A stretch of DNA of 63,709 bases, the filler included, from Collodictyon triciliatum (Eukaryota): the NCBI GenBank assembly GCA_043381765.1. It is 14 parts of 14 records of this genome, joined end to end, with 100 filler letters (N's around TTAATTAATTAA, not from the genome) between each part and the next. Parts side by side here need not be neighbours in the genome. Positions count along the whole stretch, not along the records: positions 51,811 to 59,399 come from JBHJMP010006375.1; positions 59,500 to 63,709 come from JBHJMP010006376.1; 12 more parts are not named here. The stretch is one strand, 5' to 3'. Position 1 is the stretch's first letter; each line of letters starts with the position of its first letter. A program made the translations under genes and the position numbers. This document shows, piece by piece, positions 52,040-63,709 of this stretch. The notes beneath the pieces are model-generated. The model made no database searches. It saw nothing but the letters and a program-made list of their open reading frames with translations, and had not been told where the DNA came from.

Positions 52040-55000
52040 TCGAAAGATATGGAAAGCTTGCAGTTTCCATCGCCAAACTATCTCCAAACATATCCAATAA
52101 GAGCACCATCGCCAAGGAGAAATGCTGCGTATGTCAGAGTAGATAGTAGACTGCTCTATTTTGGAGGTCTTGGGCCGGCCTCGAGGTTGAGCGATGTATG
52201 GATATTTGATGCTGGTTATATTTCTTTAATCGTCATATATATATATCTCAGAATATTAACTTTTTTTTTATCAAAACCTCTTCTGTGAAGGATTCACTTA
52301 AGAGCATTATTGCATATGCGTCTAATATGGATTGCAGATACATACAAATGGACGGACAGCAGGCTTTCTCGATATCCAATTGGTCGATTCAAACAACATC
52401 TAGCAGCCATAGACAAAGATAGAATAGCCATGTTCGGAGGGGAAGTAGCAGACTTTATGATACAGCCCACCAACGATTTATGGGTTTTCCATACAGGTAG
52501 TTGGATGCTGCGCACCCTTTCTGAATTTGGTTCTCTCATCCTTTTCCCTTTTAAACTAAAATAAAAATGTAATTTGAAAAAGATAAACATCAATGGGAAA
52601 GGCTTGTCGAAGAGTCTGTTTGATCCCCTAGCAGTTCTGACTGTGCTCCATCAGTCCTTAATGCAGTAGGATAAAATGAATACAAATATCTTATTTCTCT
52701 CTGATCATTTTCTTTGTCTGTTTTATTTTCCCTGCCACACAAATTCGTTTAATTTTTACATTTAAATATGGTCATATTAAAGGTTTTCGCAAGTTATGCA
52801 GATAGTCTTTTCCTCATTGGGGGCCTTTTTCAAGGCTCAAGTGTACCATTATTTAAGGTTTTTTTCCTTAGGTAATGGGATTTCTCTTTTATTTTTAACC
52901 TGATTCCTTTTAAGCCATCTAACATGACTTTTATTTCTGAACTCAAAGCACAAAAGTCTTGGAGTCGAATTAACGGCATAAGTTCCGATTTCTTCGAAGC
53001 TGGTATTCGCTATTACTCTGCGTACACATCAATCGGCTCCAATCTTTTGCTATGGGGAGGAATGAACGCAGACGCTTCAATCGTAACAAATTCAACATTA
53101 GTGTTTGACATGAGAATCCAATCCGGGCACAGAATCTCTTCAATCTCGAATACTCCTTCGATTCGAAACCATCCACAAGGATTCTCATTGTATGGAAAAT
53201 TCTGCTTTATGGACACATGGATTAAGGATAGCCCAACTGGGAGACAAATATGGTGCTATGATAAAGGTTTTTTTAAAAAAAAAAAAGTTTCATTACTCTT
53301 ATGAGCTTCTAATTCCCTTCCCTTTATGAAAGATTCGAAGAATTGGAACATGAAAGCTACAGTGGACAACAATGTGCCTGACCAAGCAAATCTCATCGGG
53401 TTTTCAACAAGTTTATTCACGTTTGGAGGACTGGATAAACAGGGTACAGTTTCCAACGATTTCTGGATTTTTGACGGTGAGATATTAACTAAAAGCACAA
53501 ATGCCACAACGATTATCATTTTTATGATATTTCGAAAACTGGATATAAAAATCCATCAAATAAACAAGCAAACAATCAGACAAACAAACAAACAAGAAAA
53601 TAACAAACAATAAATAAATACTAAATAAATAATAGCGGACACCAAAAATTGGTTAAATTTAATCGGGAAGCAGCAAGCCATACCTCCCATGATTATAAGT
53701 TCCTCGTCTGTGGTGCATTCAGGCTCGCTTTACGTCTTTGGTGGAGGAATTCAGCGAACAACGAAAATAGCTATCGCCATATATTCGCTGTCTCTGAGTG
53801 AGTTCACAATCGTGAAATGTTAAACGTGATTTTCCTTAGAGTCGATACAATGGTCATGTATTTACTATTTGCAGGTAATCTCTGGTGCCGTGGTAAATAT
53901 GTAGTTGATAGTACCACGAGTGTACTTTCGGATGGGAGTGGGGACTATCTGTACTTCCCTGGCACAAAATGCATATGGGAGATTCAAAATACAAACTTTA
54001 TGATTGTAGGCAAATCCTTATACCATTTCGAGCCATCATTCATCTTATCCATCCTGTGTAAATGATGAATTTTTTTTTTTTACCAGATTGAGAACATGAG
54101 AGTTTCCGACGCAGCGACACTAACCCTTGAAGCTTTATCTGAATGTGACAAGGATATTCTCGTGAACGAAGGAAAATACAGAAAAGCTAGTCTCCTTTGT
54201 AATCATAAATTAAAAAAAGAAGAGAAAATCAAGTTTAACAAACATGAGATACACAAAAAAATTTCGGATATATTTATACTTTAAAATATCTGATAGGTTG
54301 AAATGAGCACACTATTTACCAGTACGATTCTGAAAATACCATCATTTAATTCCCGCCTGACGTTCAATGTTCCAATCGACGCTGTCGGCGACCAGGGATT
54401 CGACATCAAGCTCTTTTGTAAGATTTTTTGGGTGTGACCTCCAAACTAAGTTCATGAATAACTAATAAAATACATATTTTCATAATTAGTTACTTATTAC
54501 AATTATAATTTAAAGCCTGCAACAAGGGTTTCCATGCAAATAGCGATGGTTGCCTCTGCGACAAAGAGAATTATATCAATTTCCGAGGCGACTGTGTTCC
54601 ATGTGCACCAGGAACTCACCAGCCAATCATCAATCAAGTATGTATATTTATGGGGAAATAACGAACTTACTAATGTATTATACAGTCACAAACAATTCCA
54701 ATGAAATTAAAATAGCCAATTTTTATCATGGATCAGAAATACTGCATCGAATTAAATGAAACGAAATCTACCCCGAAAGGTCATTTAGCATGCCTAGCAT
54801 ACTCTTATTTCTAAAAAAAAAATGCTGCAATTATCTAGATTATGTAATAAATGCAGTTTAATCATTTTGGTTGTGCTTTAGTCATCGAAACACTTTCTCA
54901 AACCCATATGATGGAAGTGAGCACTGATGTTCTTCCAGTTGCATTTGGTCAGATGATATCGCTCAATGAGATTATCTATCTTATTGGTGGAAGCACGTCG

Positions 55001-58000
55001 ATAGATGTAAATGCTGTTGATTTGTATCACCCAATGAATATGGCTTACCACGCAAAGACATTAGGTATTTTGATACTCATATGTAAATAAATCTAGTACA
55101 GTCCGTATATGCAGGTGTAATGTTTGATTTATCATCTTCATAATTAGTTAAATCAAAGTGGAAAAGAAAAACGATTAATGGCGACCTACCAGCAAGCCGA
55201 ATTCATTTTTGCCTTGTTGAAATGGGGGATTATGGTGTTTTGCTAGGAGGCCAGACAAGCTTGAATGATGAATATGTGTACTTTTTCATTCAGAAAAACA
55301 ACTCTTGGGTTAGAATGAATCGAAATCCCAATCACCGAATCGGAGCTGCCTGTGCTAATTACAATGACGAGATATTCGTCTACGGAGGAAAAACAGTAAT
55401 GCAACCATATTTCTTTTAATCATTAAGATATTTATTTCTAACTTCAAAAATACACCCCAGCATTCAGGTCAAATAAGTCGGGACATATGCGCTTACATCC
55501 CAGGTATTTAGCTGATAATGAGTATCCTGCCTTTATATCTGAGCAACCTTCTCAATTAATTTTTTTTTTAGGAAGAGACTTATGGAAATCTTTATCAATA
55601 ACTGCAAAAGCTCCAAATCTCGTGCATGCATCCATGATAGTATATTCAAAGAAAGGAATCATTTTAGGAGGATACGACGGCACAAAAGAAAATGGAAACT
55701 TATATTATTTTGACATCGGTAAATTATAGAATTTCCTTATGCTCTTTCCTTTACCTTTTTTTAAAAACTGTTTTTTTTTCCAGCCGAAACTGAGGAAATT
55801 TTGGTGGGCAGTTCTCCGATAATCCTCAATGAGTGCATCAGTTGCAATGAAGAGGGCGGAATCTGTGACTTTTCAAGACAGCTTTTCTCATATGGCGTTA
55901 TAGGAAACGAGCTACACGTGTTTGGCGGAATTAAACAAGGCGAGGTTCTTGAGGACGTAACCATCATCAATCTAGGTGGGTTTTATGCAATACTGATTGA
56001 ATTATTACTTTTTTTGTAAAAAANNNNNNNNNNNNNNNNNNNNNNNNNNNNNNNNNNNNNNNNNNNNNNNNNNNNNNNNNNNNNNNNNNNNNNNNNNNNN
56101 NNNNNNNNNNNNNNNNNNNNNNNNNNNNNNNNNNNNNNNNNNNNNNNNNNNNNNNNNNNNNNNNNNNNNNNNNNNNNNNNNNNNNNNNNNNNNNNNNNNN
56201 NNNNNNNNNNNNNNNNNNNNNNNNNNNNNNNNNNNNNNNNNNNNNNNNNNNNNNNNNNNTCTTCTTTTTCTTCTTCTTTTTCTTCTTCTTTTTCTTCTTC
56301 TTTTTTTTTGGAGCCTTTGATTTTTACCATCCAGAGGTTTGTAATTTTAACGTGATTATTTTTTATTTTTCACTTTTTCTTGGTGTCTCCTTGTAGAACT
56401 TCAAACATGGTCAGACACGTCAATAAGAATATCGCCTATGCACCGAAGCGAATCATCTCTGACAAAATTGACCAACGAATCTTTAATCGTATTTGGTGGG
56501 GCAACTGAATATCTGGAAGAAGTGTTAATGAACGACGTTTGGGAATATGACATGGGTGAGTATTGGAAAGTACATTTTATGCATATAGAAATGTATCTTG
56601 CTGACAATTAGTAAACTAGTTGAGCAGTCCTGGAAATGCCTATACGTAGAATCTGACACACTATATCCTCCTCCTCGTGCTGGGGCTACCCTATCTGTTT
56701 GGAAATCCAAGATTATTGTTTATGGGGGAAGAACTGACATTCGTGTTTTTGATGAGAATGTCTGGTCGTTTGACCTTGGTTTGGATATATCTTATATATC
56801 ATATTCCAGTTGATGACTTTTTAAAGAAATACTCACTTTTATCAGAGAGTTTAGTCTGGGAGAAAATAGACTTTACGAAAGACCTTTCTTCCTATCAACG
56901 TCCTCTTAATCGAATCGGCTTACCATTTGTGCGATTGGGAAGCAAAACATGGATGTGGGGAGGGCAGGTGGTTGAAAGATGATATCAAATAACTATATGG
57001 GATTGTTTTAGAATAATTTTTCTAAACCATTCTTACCAGATTATAAAAGGCATTAAGAAAAAAGAATTCTACTCTGCTGCTATGTTCTACGACAATGAAC
57101 ATAATGCACTCGAAACTGCGAAGATTTCTGGAGCTGTCCCCGTAAAAATATGATTTTTTAAGACAAATTATGCAAAATGTAGATAATTGCTTGGTTACTG
57201 ATGAGAATTAATCCAATCAGACCCGAAGGCTCTATCATACTATTTGTCAAAAAGACAATCGAACATTACTGATGTATGGCGGTGTTGACTTCTCTGGTGC
57301 GGCTCTGGATGACCTGTGGGCTTATGATACGGGTTACAATTATCTCAAAACATCAGATAATTATTTTTTTTGATGGAATGCAATAGATTGAATATAATAA
57401 AATTAAAAATAGTGTCACAAGAATGGAACCACGTCGAGTATTTCAACTCTTCCACAACACCTATTTTTCAGCCTATTTGCTCGTCCTTCGAAAAATATAA
57501 TGTCATAAGTGGCGCAAACAAGGAGAAGATGACAGCTGCAATAATGACACAAACCGGTATTTCCAATGATTAAAATGAGCAAAAACTAAAGGAAAATAAA
57601 GAAACATATAATTTAGTTGTGTTGAATTTAATCGCCCAATACTAATAAATGTATTGATAGAATTTAATGTCAAGTCGAACTTGGCTTTCTCCAACAACGT
57701 CATGGGATACCAATCTATTGTGAATGGCAATGCGGAAACCTTTGGCGATGCCTTGATATATTTCGGCGGTAGAAATGAGTACTCCAGGACAAATCAAATG
57801 GTTGCTTACATGCCAGGTTTTAGTCACTACATAGTACGCTTCGTACCCAAATAGAAATTCAGCAGATGAAAAATGCGCATGTCACAAATTATGGTAGGTT
57901 TTTGTTCTCCTCTGACACTTACGATGTTGGACAGTACTTTCCAAATTTCAACTTTTGATGATGGAAGCGGTAGTGCTATGTATTTGGAGAATTCTAACTG

Positions 58001-59399
58001 CACTTGGATTCTACCGAATGCAACGCATCTGTTGGCTGATGCAAAAATTAGAAATGAGGATAGGTTCATTTTTAGAATATCTTACATATCAGCCACTCTG
58101 TTGTGGTTTTTTTTAACGGAAAATGTTTTATCATCTAGTTTTGAAATATACGAATTAAATACCGATTCGGGCTTTGTTGGACACGGAAAACTTCAAAAAG
58201 AGACCGTTTATCATTCTAAAACTGGGTTTTTGATTCGGTTCATTTCTGCAACTTCAGCTTCTGAAACAAAAAACAAACCCTGTAAAGGATGCGAGGGATT
58301 TATTGTAAATCACGCCAGTCTGTTTTCTCTTCTCTTAAATCTAGTGCAAATACAAAAATCAAAAAAATTAATTTTTAAAAAAAACAAGCAACCAAGTATT
58401 CCTACTGCAGGATGTCCGGCCAACGGTTATCTGGATTCAAGAACGATGGCATGCCAATGTGACCAAGGATTCAATATGCTCCAGGTTGTTTGATTCCGGT
58501 CTTATGTACTTTTTTTATTTAAAAAAATTAATAATACAAATCGAATTGCTCACTAACAAATTATGCCTCTTTTCTTTAGGAGGACTGCATCAAAGGTATA
58601 TATTCATGTTAAATCATTTTTAATGAGATACAATGATATAATAGTAGTAATAATAAAAATAATAATAATAACAGACGCAGAAAATGGCTCAAATTACATC
58701 CCTATCATCGGTGGTGTCTTGGGAGGTATTGTCGCTGTCAGTCTGGCCGTTGGATTCGTTTACCGAAAAAAATTGTTAAAAAAAATGAAAGGAGCTGAAG
58801 ACAAGCTGTATGGGTTCATCGACCCTAAAGAACTTGAATATGGACGACTGCTTGGCGCAGGAAGCTTCGGAGAGGTGAATAAACTAACTTTTGAAAATCA
58901 AATGTCTTTTTCCCTTTTTGTTTTTTCTTCGAAAAACAATAAATTAACTAGAGTATATAATTTTTTTTCACTTCTACTGAACATGATAGGTTTATTGCGG
59001 AGAATGGAGAGGTACCGAAGTTGCTATAAAAAGACTTACAAACAAAAAAATTAATGAGCAGCAGATTCAAGCATTCAAGAGGGAAATTACAATTATGGTG
59101 TATGTCAGGATTCAAATTTACCACGAGCTTTATCTTCACTCCTTGTCTTTATTAAAAAAATAATTTACTATCGTATCAAATATTATACCCTAGTTTATCA
59201 TTATTTTCTATACTGGTTTATTTATTTTGCTATATTTATATCAATACCCAGCGAAATGAGACACCCCAATATCGTTTTATATATGGGCGCTTGTTTCGAG
59301 AAAGAGAATTTGTGCTTGGTTTGTGAGCTAATGCAACAAGGGAGCCTCTATGATGTACTTCACAGCGATAAGTCAATACCGTTTTTCCAGAGACTCCAA
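52040..59399 (+). CDS. Single-pass receptor TKL kinase with Kelch-CUB-EGF-like-Kelch-CUB-EGF-like ectodomain, partial
   Basis: Many Kelch exons (PSPR..YFGG..SDVW, PPPRAGA..VYGG); two CUB-like motifs (LSDGSGDYLYFPGTKCIW, FDDGSGSAMYLENSNCTW); Cys-rich repeats; TM IIGGVLGGIVAVSLAVGFVY-RKK; kinase GAGSFGEV, GTEVAIK, RHPNIVLYMGAC. Confidence 0.9.
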
Positions 59400-59499
59400 N
59401 NNNNNNNNNNNNNNNNNNNNNNNNNNNNNNNNNNNNNNNNNNNTTAATTAATTAANNNNNNNNNNNNNNNNNNNNNNNNNNNNNNNNNNNNNNNNNNNN

Positions 59500-60660
59500 A
59501 TTTTCTACGACCTGGAGAAAGCATACGACTATGTGAACCACGAAGCACTGGAAATCATCCTACACAAAAGAGGCTTCTGTACCGGATTCATCGGCCTTAT
59601 CAAGAAATTGCACGACAATGCAACAGCGAGGGTACTCACGGCACACGGACCTACGGATGCAATTCAAAGACAGAGCGGGGTGTATCAAGGCTGCCCGCTT
59701 GCACCACTGCTCTTCAACTTTGTCGCTGACTGTCTTGCAATCCACTTCCGAAACGAAAACAAGGTGCACAACCAACTGCTACTTCAATATGCAGGCGACA
59801 CAGCTTTCATCTTGCGGTCTCCCGAAGGCGCCACACTCGCCAACAAATGCATGCAAGAATACACACGAGCTGTCGGCGGGGAAATCAAATACGACAAGAC
59901 ATATGGAATTCATTTTCGGGTTTCAGGATGGACTGATGTTTCCAGGAAAAATTGTGTGGAAGCCACCTTCACACCCACTCAAGTATCTTGGTATCATATT
60001 CGGTCCACAATCGGATAGCAAATGGACAAGCCTGGTTGAGGACATCAAGTCGAAAAATATCAGTGTAGAGCAACTTTCATCTCTCGGACGTGGGAAAAGT
60101 AAGGCTGTGGAACCAAGTGATACTGTCGGCCCTTATCTACAACATGAAAGGCGCTGTGCTGAATCCCCAAAGGCTGAAGGCGCTGGAAGACATCTGCCGT
60201 AACTTCATCACTACGAATAATCAAAAATATAAAATCAAGACGCTCTCTAAGCCACCTACAGAAGGAAGGCTGGGACTCATAACGCCTGGTATTGCATAGA
60301 CATCACTCACGATGAGATGGTGGACAGATATGCTTACCCATCCGGAAGGATTTTGGCAGCGTGAGATGTGGCATCTTATCCATCGCATATGCCCGAACCT
60401 CAAGGCACAGCTCTGTGAGAGCAGAATCCCATCACCACCACCAAACACGCCCGAGCCGCTACTAGCGCGGTGGAAGATTCTGTATGAAAACTGTGAAATG
60501 TGCGAGTCTACCCAACGACATGCTGGTACAGGCCAACTTTGCTGGGATAGAGCAAAAGGCTTCTGTATCATCAAGTCGAGAGAAGGAAACAGCTTCTTCG
60601 TTACATAGCTAGCCAAAACACCAGCGGAGTGTTTTTTAAAACCCGACGTCCCTGATCAGC
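59500..60660 (+). mobile_element. Inactivated non-LTR (L1/Tx1-like) reverse transcriptase fragment
   Basis: DLEKAYDYV, GVYQGCPLAPLLF, YAGD (YADD lost), KYLGI, KPPTEGRLGL, with frameshifts and stops. Confidence 0.92.
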
Positions 60661-61186
60661 TAACGTGCAGCCCCAACAGCCCAAAAAAAAAAAAAAAGGA
60701 AGAAAAACATAAAACTTGTAGTATCGTTAGCTACGCATTATAAAGCTAACCATACTACAAAAAAACAAACAAAACAAAACTAAACAAAACAAAACAAAAA
60801 TAAAATAAAATAAATAAACAACCCAAAACAACCCAAAACAAACAAATAAAATACAAAATAAACCAAAAACCAAAAAACAACTAACAAACAAAATACAAAA
60901 GAAAGAAATAAAAAACAAAACAAAAGAAAAAACAAACAAAACAAAACAAAACAAAACAAAACAAAACAAAACAAAACAAAACAAAACAAAAAACAACTAA
61001 CAAACAAAATACAAAAGAAAGAAATAAAAAACAAAAGAAATAAATAAAAAAAACAAAAACAAAAACAAAAACAAAAAACAAACAGACAAAAACAAAAAAA
61101 CTAACAAAAACCCTTAGAAAAGATTAAAGACATACTTTTTTTTTTATCGCTGTTCAGCATTTTGGAATATTTCGAGAGAGAAAAAC

Positions 61187-63363
61187 ATGGCACTGGGGCT
61201 GCGTCATCATCTTTTTCTCCAGCGCTTTCTGCACAATCCTGTTCTACCCGAAGACCAGTTATCGCCACTAGTTAAATCGTGTTGCCATGCAGAAGGGCAT
61301 GGTTTGTTTCAATTGAGTTTGGAGGGGGCTTATCGTTCCTTTATGTTCTTGTCTTCTTTTTTTTATTACCTTTTGTTTTTTTTTATTATTGTTACTTTTA
61401 TTAAAATTAGTATTAGTATTAGTATTAGTATTAGTATTAGTATTAGTATTAGTGTTAGTGTTAGTATTAGTATTAGTATTCGTATTCGTATTAGTATTCG
61501 TATTAGTATTCGTATTAGTGTTAGTATTCATATTAGTGTTAGTATTACGATCCCTATATTAATTCTTTCTTGAGCTTTCAGAGAGTAAACTGAATTAGAT
61601 AGAAACCCATTTGTGACGTACATTCTCATTTAAGCTTGACTTTATGAGTGATTGTGTTGAAGTATATGTTAAACGTAATCATCCTCGTATTCTCTGTTTA
61701 TTAGCAACATCGGAAAGTGTTGAGAATTTTCTGGCCAGAGTAAAAGATGCATTGGGGGACTTGGATATGCGCATCTACAGCGTTCGCGACTTTGTTGACG
61801 GAAAGGTGAAATAGAGACACTGTTTCATATGTAAAAGGAAATCACCAGAGTCAACATGAGACATAAATGACTTACATAACTTATTGACGTTTTAAATTAT
61901 GCCTTGTTCTTTTTTAAACGACTAGCTTGACATAGTCCGTCGTCTACCCTCATTCTTACAGGATTTTCTGAATAATATTCTAATGTTTAATAAATTCACA
62001 TCTAATTTGGTGATTCTATTATATCATCAAAGGTTTATTACGGTTTAGTCACGACAAAGGAAACAGAGGATTCAAATTTAGTAAGAATAGGAAGCGAATA
62101 TAATGTAGACGAAATCAATTTTTTTGTAAAATTGGTGAGTCCTCTCCTTATTAAATAATCCAAAAAAATCAAGTAATTGCTCTTTTTTTAAAAAGAAAAG
62201 AAAAGAAAATACTGCTTTGGTCTAACATATCTATTCTGAATTTCTTGAATAACCACTTTCCTTAACTTCATTATGTTTTTACTCAGTCTCCTCATTACAT
62301 AGTACCAAGCGATTGTAAATTAGGTCCTTATGTTCATGATATATTTTCTGGCTAAAAAGTAAAATGAATTCAGATAGAGAAAATATTTGAATCAAACGGA
62401 GAGGGATTTACCAATACTGTCGACGCCTTAAACCAAAACACGTCAGATATGAAAAAGACAGACATACAAGCATGTCTCAATCGCATGGAAACAGGAAAAT
62501 GGATTAAATTGGATAAAGGTTTTTTTTTTGTTAAAATAATTACTTGACTGCAATCTTAAAAAAATGTATAACGAAATTCGAGTGGTATTTGCCAATAAAG
62601 AGTGAATATGGTGACATAAGAAGCATTTTTCTTTCATTTGATTCAAATATCACAGATAGTTCAATTTATATTAATTTAATAACTTTGAATCAAATAAAGA
62701 GTTCTTTTAAAAAAATTAGTAAAGAGTGTTTTCCAAATAATATGGCCTAATATTTACTTTTTAAAAAACTACTTACATCATCACATTTAGGTCTCATATA
62801 CATCGGAATCAGGTCGTACTTGGAACTCAGCCCATACTTTGAGAGGAACTACAAAGACTATAAATGTGTAGCGTGCACTCAAATCGCTCCATGTGTAATG
62901 CATCCATATATACTTTCTAATTGATTTGTTTATTTTTCTAGGGATTTATTGATTACAATCTCTTTTATAAAGTCAAAAAAAAAACCTCTACATTTATAAT
63001 GCTATCTCATACACATATGAAACATATTCCATTCTAATTCTATTCCAAATCAAAACTTTCATATAAGCACAAAGTCTGTTCCCTATGCGGCGCCAAATAC
63101 CATCCTCGATGCATTTCCTCTACGCCCTCCTCCATGTCTAACGAAAAGCGCAACTGCTTGTCGTGTCGAAAAGTATTCGTTCCCAAAGATATGGAAAACC
63201 GTCTGGAGGATATCTATGAATCACCGTATTTATTACTTTCAATGGCCAGGACATGCTTTTATGACTATTTATGTGTACATGTCCATATATTGATGTCTAT
63301 TCTGACTGCCTGTCGCCGTAATTGCAACATAGTATTGACGAAGCAGAGGAAGTCGATGAATAG
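61187..63363 (+). CDS. NSMCE1: SMC5/6 complex subunit NSE1 (RING-like)
   Basis: HHLFLQRF|..FLARVKDALGDLDMRI..GK|VYYGLV..EYNVDEINFFVKL|IE..KW|IGIRSYLELSPY..CVAC|CSLCGAKYHPRC..CLSC; stop at 63361-63363. Confidence 0.88.
61406..61547. repeat. (TATTAG)n degenerate hexamer in NSE1 intron
   Basis: Direct reading. Confidence 0.9.
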
Positions 63364-63586
63364 CTTTGAATACCTTTATAAATAAGCAGCGACACGCACC
63401 ATTTTATATGTATCCTAGGATAATCAAACCTATAGTTATATTTAACCTTGCCTTCTCTGAGTTGTGAATCTTTGATATCCAATTATCATTATTAATCGAA
63501 GAATAAGTCAAAATACCTCTGAGTTAATGCGGATTACAAAGTTACATTGTTTCTGTCACTTGGCTCTTGTTTGCTAGATAGCTGCT

Positions 63587-63709
63587 TTTTTTTTTCCTTT
63601 ATTCGATTCAAAGTGTAGCGAGGTTATGCCATACAAAGGGGCGGGATGGGAGCGCATGGGAGAGAGCAAACGCGAGTAGGAGAAGACACTACCGTGGAGA
63701 GGCTAGCAC
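63587..63709 (-). mobile_element. 3' end of poly(A)-tailed retroelement (..ACACTTTGAATCGAATAAAGG A11), continues beyond window
   Basis: Same terminal motif as 31600-31628 and the micro-insertions, with a GC-richer upstream body. Confidence 0.65.

Noticed and set aside
59500-60660. Active RT or DGR/retron-type RT driving TPR or LRR variation
   Set aside because: LINE-type RT with YADD changed to YAGD and frameshifts, on a separate contig. No template-repeat/variable-repeat pair was seen.
61406-61547. (TATTAG)n as telomeric repeat
   Set aside because: Lacks G-runs, is degenerate, and lies inside an NSE1 intron.

Overview
Intron-rich, AT-rich eukaryotic (protist-like) DNA, not a contiguous locus. 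It is 14 unrelated contigs/scaffolds, most about 4.2 kb, joined by an artificial 100-bp linker (N44-TTAATTAATTAA-N44), and most contig ends stop in microsatellites. Recognisable genes, mostly partial: a pentapeptide-WD40 protein with only a NACHT winged-helix remnant; an LRR-TKL kinase-SAM protein; an EAG/CNG-type cNMP-binding K+ channel; a WD40+FG-GAP double propeller; a decayed Wee1-like kinase; AP-4 epsilon; an ASH1-like SET protein; pyruvate dehydrogenase kinase; tRNA-Gly(CCC); a NACHT/STAND-TPR protein; mitochondrial RF2; GINS Psf2; a RegA-like REC-PDE; a Kelch-CUB-EGF receptor kinase; and NSE1. Decayed L1/Tx1-like LINE pieces are scattered through it. Two signals stand out. (1) An NLR-like STAND-TPR gene has seven symmetric 126-bp one-repeat-per-exon cassettes separated by homologous 57-64 bp introns, with variation focused at a few positions. 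(2) A family of ultra-short (15-52 nt) poly(A)-tailed retro-insertions, most ending ...GAATCGAATAAAGG(A)n, is flanked by 16-bp target-site duplications. Exon structures were read by eye and no database searches were run.
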